Shown here: piece after piece, positions 12,399 to 24,140 of the stretch
How positions within the stretch are numbered: position 1 is the first letter of the stretch
How the letters are laid out: each line of letters starts with the position of its first letter
From: Camelus ferus
Taxonomy: Eukaryota
Assembly (NCBI RefSeq): GCF_009834535.1
Contig: NC_045696.1
Location: 115,260,001-115,324,000 of the forward strand
Length of the DNA: 64,000 nucleotides
Reading direction: 5' to 3'
Notes under the pieces: model-generated
Seen by the model: the letters and a program-made list of their open reading frames with translations, nothing else
What the model was told of the DNA's origin: nothing
Databases searched by the model: none
Program-made: the position numbers and the translations under genes

Positions 12399-12416
12399 GC
12401 GCGCGCGCACACACGC

Positions 12417-12456
<40 letters not shown>
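12399..12456. repeat. (GC)5-(AC)n compound microsatellite
   Basis: Direct observation. Confidence 0.95.
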
Positions 12457-12459
<3 letters not shown>

Positions 12460-13030
12460 CCTTGTGTTCTAGACAGTTATTCTCTCCAGAGATTAGGTGG
12501 AGGAGGCTTTGTTACCATCTGCTTTGGCCACCTGAAACTCTCACCATCCAAAACTTTTTAAATGGAAAATGAAAGATAAAGCGAAAGGAAATTTGCAAAA
12601 ACAACAAAACCCTAGTGTTTTGAAGTTGAAAAAAAAAGGGTGGAGGGTGTGGCTGGAGGGCAAGATTTTTACAATTAGGGCACAAGAGCAGGGAACGGAA
12701 GAGAAATGAAATAAAATCCTATCCATTGAGCTCCTGCTCTGTGAGTCCTATGCCACGTTTTACTAAGGAGCCTGCATAACCACATAAAGAGCCGTGGCAC
12801 ATGCCTTCCAGTCCACCAGCAATGTGCTCCGCCTTCTGTCCTGTGAGCTTTTTTAGCTGGGAGGCGGCTACCCAGGGGTGCTGATTTTCCCGCTGTCCAT
12901 GGAGTGCAGCCACACGGCTGAGTTCAGCTGAAGGAATGGGACTGGATTTGATAATGTCACCCCATGTTATTTTTCTCCATATTTCTTTCCACTTGTGTGT
13001 GACTGGGATCAAGAGAGCCTCACGGATGAC

Positions 13031-13411
13031 TATTTTGGATTGAATTGTTCATCTCAATTCATATATGGAAGCCCTAACTCCCCGTACCTCTGCATTTGGA
13101 GATAGGCCTTTGAAGAGGTAATTAGTTAAAAGGAGGCCGTTAGGGTGGGCTCCAGCCCAATCTGACTGTTCCTTACAGGGAGAGGAGATTAGGGCACACA
13201 GGGACGGTCGGGCTGCACACGTGCCGGGAGAGCCCACCTGAGGACGCAGCAGGAAGACCCCCTGCGAGCCAGGGAGAGAAGGCTTTGGGGGGAACAAAGC
13301 TTGCCGACACCTTAACATTGGGCTTCCAGCCTCCAGAGCTGTGAGAGGGCAAATGTTGTTTAAGCCACCCCGTTGTGGTATGTTTTGATGGCAGCCCTGG
13401 CAAACTGATAG
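13031..13411 (+). mobile_element. MLT1A/B-type MaLR LTR, apparently nested in an older MLT1-like LTR (~12820-13610)
   Basis: GGATTGAATTGT...AATTCATAT..GAAGCCCTAAC...TTTGGAGATAGG.CCTTT..GAGGTAATTAAGTTAAA...GCAGCCCTGGCAAACTGATA. Confidence 0.85.
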
Positions 13412-13902
13412 TGACCTTGGAAAGCACCTGGTAAAAGCTTGGTATTCTCTGCTCTCCAGCATCCCTAAGTGACCACGTGGGTGAGAGCCTCGCTTCCCAC
13501 CTGCTCCCCCTCCCAGTGTTCTGTGCGTGAGAATGAAACCTCCCTGTATGTGAGTCCTTCTTACTATCTGAGGTCCAATTGTTGGAGCAGTTTGCCTCTT
13601 CTAACTAGGAGGGGTGGCTTCTTTGCACAGTCACCATCCGACGTGGGGGCAGGACTGAGGGCTAGAATACACAAGTGGGTGGTGTCGAGACTGTGATGGG
13701 GACCAAGGGCGTCCGTTCTCTTGTGAAGCAGGGTCTGTGCTTCTTCAGCATTCAGCCCCAGTGTCCTCACTCTGCCCTGTCTGATAATACAAGTCTGCCT
13801 GTCTGCTGCTTCCAGAGTTCAAAGGGCCATGTACTGAATTAAAAAGCAGCAGTTTATATAATCACAAAAATGGAACATTCACCAAGGGTCCTCTTGACCC
13901 TG

Positions 13903-15270
13903 ACAGTGCCGTGATGCTGGGATCTCTCCTGGGTCCTCAGTAACGCACGGACTAACATAACAGAAATATTTAGATCTCAGCATGAACCGATTATAAACAG
14001 CCTGGCCCTGAAGCTGAGTGGGGCGGAGAGGAGAAACGAGGTTTAAAATGTATGGAGCCAGATACTAGTCTATGGAAAATACCTCTGAATCTTACAGCTC
14101 AGATATAAAAGAAACTTAATAGAAGGGTCCCAGGTTTGGCAACAATCCTAAAAATGTACCTTACATTCCCAGTGGTGAATTGTTTTGAAGCAGAAGGATA
14201 AACTGTTCAAAAATTTTCATTATAAAAGAATCAGTATAAACTTGTCATTTATCTATTTTATATATAGTAGTTAGTATTTGCAAATCTCAGACTCCCGATT
14301 TATCCCTTCCCACCCCCTTCCCCCACTGCCAGTAATCATAAGTTTGTTTCCTATGAGTCTGTTTCTATTTTGTAAATAAATTAATTTGTCTTTTTGTTTA
14401 AGATTCCACATATAAGTGATATCATATGGTATTTTTCTTTCTCTTTCTGGCTTACTTCACTTAGAATGACAATCTCCAGGTCCATTCATGTTGCTGCAAC
14501 TAGCATTATTTTATTCTTTTTTATGGCTGAGTAGTATCCCATTGTATAAAGATACCACAACTTCTTTATCCAGTCATCTGCCAATGGGCATTTAAGTTTT
14601 TACTGTATAGCACAGGGAACTATATTCAATAACTTGTAACCTATAATGAAAAAGAATATGGAAATTAATATATGTATATGTATGTGTGACTGAACTATTA
14701 TGCTGTACTGCCAGAGATTGACACGGCATTGTAAACTGACCATACTTGAATTAAAAAAAAAATTTGATCAGTAATCAAAAACCTGCCCATGATGAAAACA
14801 CAATATCCATGTGAGTTTTACCAATGAATTCTGATGTCATTATTTATAGATAATAACATTGTCTACATAGGAAAATATACTATAAAGATAATAAATTAAA
14901 TAATTAAAATTTAAAAAATTAAAAATCAGTCAACCATACCAGAAGAAAAGCTGATTTTTTTTCTTTAGTCTTTTCATTGAAAATTATAATTTAAATCTTT
15001 TGCCATATGAAGAGTCAATCAGAGAGTAAGAATCCGAAAAAGGAGAAAAAAAAGTAACATGTCTATTTTCTTAATTTTATAATGTGTATGATGTCTGCCA
15101 GTTTTTTTTTTAAATAATTTGTAGTTTGTTGCACATTTCCTCATTATAAATTTTTCTTTTCCAATCTAATTTTATTTTTGTAAATCTGTTTTCTTTCTCT
15201 TAAAAATACTCACCGAAATGGTATAAATGTCCACTTGAGGCCCCACAAACCCTAATCTGTCCCAGTGATA
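13903..15270 (+). mobile_element. Zaphod-like (hAT-Tip100) DNA transposon remnant, split by an L1 insertion
   Basis: Starts CAGTGCCGT. 14130-14235 joined to 14931-15045 resembles the hAT dimerisation-domain coding region (ACAATCCTAAAAAT..., TCAACCAT..AGAAGAAA, CATATGAAGAG..AATCA.AGAGTA). Ends GGCCCCACAAACCCT..TCTGTCCC. Confidence 0.7.
14241..14762 (+). mobile_element. L1 3' end with 5' inversion (twin priming)
   Basis: 14241-14599 is reverse-oriented L1 3' UTR; 14600-14762 is the forward continuation TACTGTATAGCACAGGGAAC... ending in poly(A); both parts resemble 285-1035. Confidence 0.9.
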
Positions 15271-17273
15271 AGCCTTGGCTTCAACTCCTCTGGTGACAAG
15301 AGTCTCCCACCCCAACCCAGGGCGAGCAGCCCGATCGGAACGTTTGTTGTGCTGTTACTGGTGTCATCATTTCCTTGGTCGTTTTGGTCCAGCTGTGCTG
15401 AAATCAGTTTAAACTGACAGTCCTGGGGGAGCAGCATGGAGAGACAGTTCCTTTCCTCTTCCAGACGCACACTAATCTTACAGGGAAGTAGGTGTGTGAA
15501 GCTTAGTGCGCTTTGTAGATCATTTTTATTAAAAGCCGTCATGCTTTCAGATGAAACATGAAAGATTTACAGGAAAATATGTCTCTGTAAATAGGATGCC
15601 TATATCTCTTCATAGCTCATAAAATTGTATCATCATTTTCTGAAATTAGCCCACTTGTGGGTATGTAATGATTAGAAGTCGGAGAATTTAATTTGGTTCT
15701 TTCTGGTACATATTTTACATTTGCTATTAAATTCAAGAGGCTTTAATGTTGTCATCGTGAATACAGAATGTGTTCTTAAGTACTCTGGTAAAAGAAGATG
15801 GTGCATGAGGATGTTTGTTTTTCGACCGTTACTCGGAGCTAAAGACGTCTGAGACTGGAGTGTGCTAATACCCTATATTTATAGTGCTTTATTTTCACAG
15901 ATACATTAATTCACTTGATACCAGTAGCTCCTTCATGAAAAAAGAGCAGAGGGAATTGGTACCATTTTTACAGAGGCTTGGACCAAAGACTCTGATGAAT
16001 CAGTTGACTTGGACACATGGCTGGTTTAGCAGTACAGCCAGGTGCAAGACTGATGTCTTTTGAGTTCCAGGTCAGTGATTTTGCTTTCAAAATGCTGTGA
16101 CATTGAATCTGACTTCTCATTGCTTTGAGATATATATATATATATATAGACCTGTGACTGATACAAGAGCTCAGTTACTCCATGGTGACTCAATATCTGA
16201 ATAAATGAATGAATCCCACCATGATGTAGTATATGTAGCATATATGTGTATGTCTATATGTATATTACATGTATATATCTCTGTGTGTGTTTATGTGTGT
16301 GTGTGTGTGTAACAACTTAAATATGTATTTCTCTATTTGTACAACTTGAAGGAGTCTTGGGTTTGAATTCTATATTGAAAAAGTCATCCAGCATCCCTGA
16401 TTCTTAGTTTCTTAATCTGAAATTAGAGCTAATTAATAATGACTGTTTCACAGAGTGTCTGAAGGTTAAATGAAATAACATCCCTGAGCTGCCTCGAACA
16501 ATGGAGACTTCTAGAGATGCTGACGAGATGTTAATTCCATTCATCTTTCCATTTATTGTTAGCAAAGACGTCTCTCAGTCTAGCCTTTATGGAGGTAGTG
16601 GGGGTCATGATAAGCAGAGGAAGATGAGTGAATTCGGAAAACCCATCTGTCCTTCTAGTCAGGGTTCTCAAGAGTCCCGTCTTGGTGATGGAGAAGCATC
16701 ACACCATCCTCAGATACCTGTCTCTTCATCTCCCTCTACCTAATAAGACTGAACTCAGTGTCACTATTGCAGAAAGCAATGGATGACTTACTGGCCTTTA
16801 ACCATGTGAGTGCACAGAATTGTAGCTACTCCTAGTAAACACAGTACCTACTTATTTGGGGAAAAATAAATTTAGAGCAACTTCATCCATAATATCTCCA
16901 TTCTATGTCATAAGAATATAGAATAATATTTCTAACACAACATTCTTAGCCTTTCAAAGTATACTTATGTACCTCATGCCATTTGGCCATCACAAAAAGC
17001 CAGAAATGGTTTTATTTATCATTTCTGTTTTATAGAAGAAAAGAGTAAAGTGAAGATGAGAGAGATTGAGACCTTTGTCCCAGCTCACATAGCTAGTAAA
17101 AATCAGGTCTGAGACTGGTGTTGAACTCGCCACATGTAGTTTTTCTTTTTTTCCGTAAAGAGTAGCATAATGGGAGCAGACTGCCTGGATACGAAACATA
17201 GCTCTGCATCTTCACTTCTCTGTTAAGGATCCCTCCACATCCCCATCTGTGAAATGGGGAATAATGATAGCTT

Positions 17274-17793
17274 TGTGGCAGACAGACCCCAGAGTGGCTC
17301 CCATGAGCCCCACCTTCACACCCTTGTGTACCTCCTCCTCTTGGGTGTGGGCAGGACCTACGGTTTACTTCTGTCCAGTAGAATATGGCAACAGTGATGG
17401 GACGGACATAATTATGTGTACATGATTATGCTACATAAGATTGAAACATCAATCTTACAAGGAGATTTTTCTCTCTTACTGGCTTTGAATAAGCAGGTTA
17501 CCATGTTGTGAGTTGCTCATAGAGAGAAAAGGAACTTGGCAGCCTTAGGCCACCATCTAGCAGGGAAATAAGGCCCAGTTCAACCGCCCGTAAGAACTGA
17601 ATGCAGCCAATAGCAAGTGAGTGAAGAGATGGATCCTTCCCTAGCTAATCCTCAGATGAGGCTGCATCCCAGGCTGACACCTTCATTACCATCCTGCAGA
17701 GGACCCAGCTAAGCTGGGAGATGAGACATGCATGTTGTTTGAAGCCACTGACTTTGTAGTTAAATTGTCATACATCAGTAGACAACTAATTCA
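17274..17793 (+). mobile_element. MLT1E/F-type MaLR LTR inserted into a MIR (MIR halves ~17235-17273 and ~17794-17890)
   Basis: TGTGGCAGACAGAC...CACACCCTTGTGTA...GGGTGTGGGCAGGACCT...TAGAATATGGCA...GTAGACAACTAATTCA; MIR core CATCTGTGAAATGGGGAATAAT before it and TTGTGAGATTAAA after it. Confidence 0.8.
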
Positions 17794-18180
17794 CCCGAGT
17801 AGAGCTATTGTGAGATTAAATCTTGAAATAGTATAAAGTGCTTGTATCCACATCAGGCACGTTGTAGTAATTCAGTAACAGTTAGCGTCATCATCTTGCT
17901 TTATTCTTTGATTCAGTAATGTAGTGAGAGCTTGAGAGCCATACACTGATAATTGTGTTCTTATCTAGCTGGCTGTATAGTTGGTGCATGATACCTGCTC
18001 AGGTCTCCTAGAAGCTTATGATGATGCCTTTATGAAGACACATTGCTTTGTTTATGCATCCTTTCATATGTACATTTTTGTAGCTATGACTACTGCCTAA
18101 ATTGCCCCTACAATTTGAGGGTCTTTTAAATTAAGCAAGCCTCAGCGATATTCAAAGGAAGTAATCCTGGTATAGTGGCT

Positions 18181-18690
18181 TGTTAATCAAGACATTTTGA
18201 TTGCAAGTGACAGAAACCCAAGTTAGACTAGATTAAGAAAAAACAGGAAATTTATTAGCCTGATAATTAGGAATGGTACGAGTAAAGCTAGGGACAGATG
18301 AAAAGCGGGGTTCAAAAGCCATCAGGCCCCTCTTTCCATCTTTCCTTGCCTCTCATCAGTGTTTCTCTTTGCATGTGGGTTTCATTTGTCTTTGTATGGC
18401 TTTGGAAATGGCTGCAAGCCAGTCTAGCTTGTGTATGAACAGTTCCAAGAGCAGAACGTCAAGAACACATCCTCTCTTAGCTTCTTCTTGAAAAGAATCC
18501 CAGAGATGAATATTCCTGGCTCTTCTTAGATTCTATTCTGATACTTCAGACCAATGAGTATGTGCACTGTGGGACCAAGGACTCTTAGAAGCCGAGAATA
18601 GTTCATGCAACTGCTCCTATTTCTAAGGGGGTGGAACTACTTCCCAAAAGAAGGACGGGAAGACGTGTTAACTAGACAAAACAGTGGTGT
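18181..18690 (-). mobile_element. Old MaLR LTR (MLT1J/K/L type)
   Basis: TGTTAATCAAGAC...TTGCAAGTGACAGAAACCCAA...GGAAATTTATT terminus. Confidence 0.65.
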
Positions 18691-18935
18691 CTGGGGTTTA
18701 TTTAGCAACATTTTTCTCAAGTGCCTGGATTTTAAATATTTACTACTGGAAAACCTGATTTGGATAGCATTCTCCATAAATGAGCCATTTGGCTTGCTAA
18801 TAGATGATTATGAAGCATAAATTGACGCTACACTTCTGAGCACTTTTTTCTTCCTTATTTTAATTAGTGTTTCTGGAATTAAAGGCCCAGAGATTGAAAT
18901 CTGAAAACAATTAATGGTAATTCTGTCTGTTGCTG

Positions 18936-19207
18936 ACCCTGATGATTTAGCTCGGTTAGCTAGAGCTGTGTGTTAATGAGGCTGATGTGGTGAATGAATC
19001 CCTATGTGGGCCAGTAGGTTACACTCATCCTGGAATATGGATTCTACTCTTACTCTAACCTTCTGAAAAAAACACCTTCTTTGGGATGTGGGATGAAGCA
19101 AGTGAAATTATTTAGCACAATTCTATTTAGCACAGCTGGGAAGACAATGCCACAGCTACTCCTTGAGAAAGTGGTGGGTAGCCATTTACGTTCAGGAAGA
19201 ACAGCAT
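18936..19207 (+). mobile_element. MamSINE1-like ancient SINE with tRNA-Ile-derived head
   Basis: TTAGCTCGGTTAGCTAGAGC..GTGTTAATGAGGC...ATCCCTATGTGGGCCAGT.AG resembles a degenerate tRNA-Ile(AAT); tail CTGGGAAGACAA...GAAGAACAGCA fits the recalled MamSINE1 3' end. Confidence 0.7.
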
Positions 19208-19894
19208 GATCATTTTCATATTAATTACCTGATTACACCCCAACGTTGGCTGACATATCTCTGACAAGATGTTTAGAAAGATTTCCCCCCTTCTCTCAGT
19301 GAGGTCACATCATCCCAAGTCACTCTTATGAAAATGAATGAAACTTATTGGAAATAGCTGTAAATGTTAATACGATGACTAGGGAAGACTTTGATTTTAT
19401 TTCACAACCGGATTTGAAAACACGTTCATCTGTAGATGGGATTTTGATGTTTCTATGCGAAACCAAAAATGAAGCTTTATCTGGAGGGTAAGACAAGGAA
19501 AAGTAATGGTGGCTATGATCAGAGTAAAAATAATAAGAAAAACAGTAACTGGAATTTTTTGAGCTCTTCTTTGGGTCAACTATGGTGGTAACTGATTTCC
19601 ATAATTTATTTTCATAAGAACCTCTTCAGGTAAATAATTTATTTTCTATATGCTACAGCAAAAGAAGCAGAAGCAGAATAGGTAACAATAACTTGTTTTG
19701 TGTTACACTTACGCAGCGATTTGAACATTCAAAGTCCAGAGCCCACAGTTTTAGCCACCATCTGGTAATTCTACCTTTTCAGTTATCTGTCATCCCACTT
19801 GTGGCGTGATAACCAGCAACATTCAGAATTCATGTTCCTAGTGACATTCCTAAAAGACCCACAGAATTACCAGAAAATAATACAGTTTTGCATA

Positions 19895-20420
19895 TGGGTC
19901 AGTTGATTGCAAGTAACACAGTACTTACTATTGGTTGCAAGTAACACAATGCTATTCAAACTTGCTTATCTATGTTAATTTTAGATAACCTAAAATTAAA
20001 GTACATAAGATAAGGTTAAGTAAATTAGGCAATTTGCTGGAAGAATAAAGGGACATTCTCATGGAACTCAAATGCAGGACTGACAAGGGACGAGACCAGA
20101 CAGCCATCAGGGTCCTGGATTAATCTCTCTCTCTCTCCAGAGCTAAGTGGTCTCTCGTCTGTGTTTCTCCCTGGAGATACGCATTTTTTCTCTGTGTCTA
20201 TAGGTAGTTCTCTCTGGTCCAATACGCCCATGGCCTCCAGCTCACAGGAGGTTTCCACTGAAGCAGCAACAGAACCTAAACCAGTATCTCTAAAACCCAA
20301 ATATAAATTCCTAGGATAAGGAATGGAATTTGATCAGAGGGCTACTGTCCGTTTAAGTACTAGAGGATGGGAGAGTTTTCCAAGAAGTTGTGGGACTGGA
20401 AAGACATAATTGGCAGATAA
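19895..20420 (-). mobile_element. Old MaLR LTR (MLT1J/K type)
   Basis: TTG.TTGCAAGTAACACA terminus (locally duplicated) followed by TTCAAACTTGCTTA. Confidence 0.5.
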
Positions 20421-20489
20421 CATCCTTGGGCCTAATCAATACAGTGATCCTCTGTGGACAGTGTGATGAGGATATTGAGTGCAGAGCAC

Positions 20490-20730
20490 CAGAAAAATGG
20501 AAACAGTGTATGGATCTTATTTAGGAAGGCCTGGCTTCAGATTTGCTGTTCTTTATTTACTACCTGTGCTAGCTTTGGCTGATTTTATTAATGTCAGTTT
20601 GCTTCAATTTTGTCACCTGTTAAACCACAACAATAATAAATGCCACCTTCAGCTGTTAGAGAATTCCATAAACTCATTAATGCAAAAGTTTCCCCAACTA
20701 AACAACAAATAAATGTTCATCATTCTTTAT
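20490..20730 (+). mobile_element. MIR SINE
   Basis: Degenerate MIR core (TTTACTACCTGTG..A.CTTTGG...TCAATTTTGTCACCTGTTAAA). Confidence 0.55.
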
Positions 20731-21509
20731 TGTAGATGAGTCAGTTTTATATTGAAGACTGTATTTGTGTGTGTGTATGTATTTAAGAAGCCATCCATTA
20801 CTGGGTACACCATCAGTTTTAAGAATAATTTTGGAAAGAAAGAAACACAGCTAGGAAGTTAATTTTGATTAATGTAAATAAATGTTCTGCTCTGTAAATG
20901 CATCAGAATAGAGGAATCATTTTAATTAAAGACTGCATTCCCCAATTTTGCCTGATAGTGTATGATTTGTGATAAGTATACAAGAGAGGGCAAGAGCTAT
21001 TCCCCGACCTCAAAACAAGAGGCAGGTATTAGAACATCATCCATTTGCAGCAGAATTGATCAGAAGAAAATAGTTTTGACCCGTAAGTAACATCTCTTTT
21101 TGAAAGCTAGCAGCCTCCTGCCTCCGACATGGAGGTTAAATCCTAATTATCTCCGCAGAGAGAGATGGTGGGGCTGTTCTGACAATGGGGTGGAAAGGTC
21201 TGAGAGTGGCATTTATTTAATAGAAGCCACAGTCACTGTCTTGTAGCTGCTTCCTCTAATCAGAACGTTTTGTTTTCCAGTTCAGGTCCCCCTGTGAGGG
21301 AGCCCGCATGCTGGGGTGCAGATCGTCTGTTCTGGGAGCTCTGGTCCTTCTCCGTTTTGCTCTTACTAGCTTTACAGCCTGGGAGCCAATTAACTTCTCC
21401 AGGCTTGGGTTTCTTCATCTAGTTCAGATGTGTTCCACAGTCACCTGTGGATCTAAAATGTATTATTGATGTTCCTTTTTGTACATAAAATGTGTGATAT
21501 TTCATATAC

Positions 21510-21900
21510 ACTCTGTGGTTCAGTCAGGGTAACCGCAGGAAAAAAAATCTCCTCAAAAGGGTTTCCTAGGAGAGAGTTCAACAAAGGACTGTGCTCGGAG
21601 CTCAGGGCAATGCTGAACGAACCAATCCAGAGATGGCATCACGACCATGCCTGGCTTGAAGGGATGTGGGAAGAAAGCATGCCGCTGGAGCCCAGGAGAG
21701 CTGGGCTGGGCAGAGGGCGGCAGGGCTCAAGCTATGGTCACTAAGATGCAGTCACTGCCCTTGAGATGTGAATCTTCGGAGAGAGCTGGGGAAGGTATAC
21801 TTCCTCCTGTTGCTGCCTCCACGGGCCAAACACAGCTAGAAGTCAGGTGGAAGGGAGGCAGGCGATGGAGTCCACAGACAGAGCCCTTCAGGGAACAGAG
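21510..21900 (-). mobile_element. Old ERVL-type LTR (LTR33/LTR78/LTR79-like)
   Basis: GGCCAAACACAGCTAGAAGTCAGGTGGAAGGGAGGCAGGCGATGGAGTCCACAGA resembles the shared terminal segment of these families. Confidence 0.5.
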
Positions 21901-22435
21901 GGACTCATACCCTAGTTTCTTTCCACCTTGCTCTACTAATTAATTTCCGTAAGCTCATCTCTTAATCATCAGCATCACTTAAGTCTCAGGCCTCACCTTA
22001 TCTCACCTCCTTGGTTCGCACTGTGAACCACCCATTTCCTCCTTTGTCCTTGGATCCTGGAACACAAAACTCTCCTCCTTTCCTCTTACTCCTCTCTGTT
22101 CTTTGCTGAGCACCCCTCTTCCATTTCCAAAACTCGATATCTTTCTCTGCAGAGAACTGTCAGGCTAGTTGTCCCAAGTAATTGAAATTCCTCAGCTTTG
22201 ATCATGTCACTTCACAGCTTAAAACAAAACAAACAAACAAAAAAATCAAGCAAGCAAAAAACTTCCAGCAACTTGTTAATCCAAACAAATGGAAGGTAAC
22301 TCTTTATTTTGACTGTCCATTTCCGGTATCTTTCAATTCCACATCCCGTTCTGAGCATTTTTCCATCTGTTCGTCTACATACATAGAGAAACTCTTAACA
22401 GAGTCTATGAGTTTATCAACATAGACTTCCATTTT

Positions 22436-22917
22436 GATTTTATTTTTTTAAATTGAGGTTTAGTTGATTTACAATGCTGTGTTAGTCTCTGGTGTACAGC
22501 ATAGTGATTTGGTCATATGTGTGTACATATCCTTTTTCACATTCTTTTCCACATTCTTTTCCATTATGGTTTATTACAGGATAATGTGTATGGTTCCCTG
22601 AGCTCTACAGCAGGACCTTGTTGTTTACCTATTCTGGATATAGTAGTTTTTAATCTGCTAATCCCAGATTCCTAATTTATCCCTCCGCCCTTCTTTCCCC
22701 TTTGGTAACCATAAGTTTGTTTTCTGTGTCTGAATCTGTTTCTGTTTTGTAAATAAGTATATTTGTGTCATTTTTTTTTTTAAGATTTCACATATAAATG
22801 ATACCATATGATGTTTGTCTTTCTCTGTCTGGCTTACTTCACTCAGTATGATCATCTCTAGGTCCATCCATGTTGCTGCAAATGGCATTATTTCATTCTT
22901 TTTTATGGCTGAGTAAT
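22436..22917 (-). mobile_element. 5'-truncated L1 3' end
   Basis: Reverse L1 3' UTR; TSD TAGACTTCCATTTT (22422-22435) / TAGATCTCCATTTT (22918-22931). Confidence 0.92.
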
Positions 22918-23559
22918 TAGATCTCCATTTTTAAAACCTTTCCCTGCAGAAAACATGTATTTCCTCTTCTGATGTTGTCTGTACTATTCAGGCTGGGTGG
23001 GCTCTAGGAACCAACCAACACCTCCAACTCTCAGCGGTTCGACACAGTGAAACTTTAGTTTTCGTTCTTGAGGATTCACGTGGCACAGCTGAGCAGCTGC
23101 TCTCCTTGAAGGTACTCAGCAATGCTGTTCCACCAACTCAACACAAGCCCCTCTCTGTGACTGAGTCAGATAATACGAGGGCTTTCACTGCCTCAGCCTG
23201 GATGTGAGATGCACTTCCACATGCACTTCATCGGCTAGCTAGCGTGCATCTGATGCCCGTGCCTCACCGCCACGTGCTGGGAGTGTAGACCACTCTGCAT
23301 GGAATCCTTCCACCGTCTTGACTAACTGAATCAGTACCCACCCTTCAAGGTCTTTATAAAATATTACTGGCCCATTTATAAAATAGCACCAACCTATTTA
23401 AACTTTCCCCAACGTCCACTTCACCTTCCCATCAACTAGGTAAATATCTGCAGACTTTAAAAAACTTTGTATCGATAGCTAAAATAATTCAAGTAATTAT
23501 CAATGTGATAGCTGTGTGTGGTTAAAAACTTTAAATACTGAAGAATAAAAAGTGAAAAG

Positions 23560-24140
23560 TAAAGACTGATCCCCACCTACACCCTCAATCCGCTTCCAGA
23601 GACAACTGATCACCACTTGTAAGTTTTGATTATAGTTTGATGCTTTTATTGTATATAAAGGCATACGTGCCTGGATATTTTTACACAAATGGAATCATGT
23701 TAGATATACTGTTCTGTCCTTTGCTGTTTTCACTTATTATGTTTGAGTTTTTTTCCTACACTAGCTCATAGAGAACTAACTCATTCTTTTTTCACACATA
23801 AAACAGTATATCGACATAATACAATTTACGTTATGTCATCCTGTAAGTGAACATTTTTCTTACCAGTTTTGGGCTCTTAGAAAAACTGCTATAACTTTAT
23901 CATTAACTTCATCATCAATGTGCATAAAAAAATTGAACGCCTATGGGTGAATATCTTTATGAGAAGTTACTAGAAGGAAAATTGCCAGTTCTGAGGGGAC
24001 ACGTGCTTTTAACGTGGAGAGCAGGTGCCAAATCCTCTACCTGCAAAATAAAACAGAACTGTAGAACTGATTTACAACCCTACCAACAATATACGCAAAT
24101 GTTTTTTTTTTGTTACCCTCTTACCAACTCTAGCTATTAT
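23560..24140 (-). mobile_element. Old L1 (L1ME-like) 3' fragment
   Basis: TTTTACACAAATGGAATCAT..TA.ATACTGTTCTG...TTGCT.TTTTCACTTA...CTCATTCTTTTT...GATTTACA.CCCTACCAACAAT. Confidence 0.65.

Noticed and set aside
13903..15270. Intact or domesticated hAT transposase
   Set aside because: Only a short degraded remnant, split by L1, with no ORF
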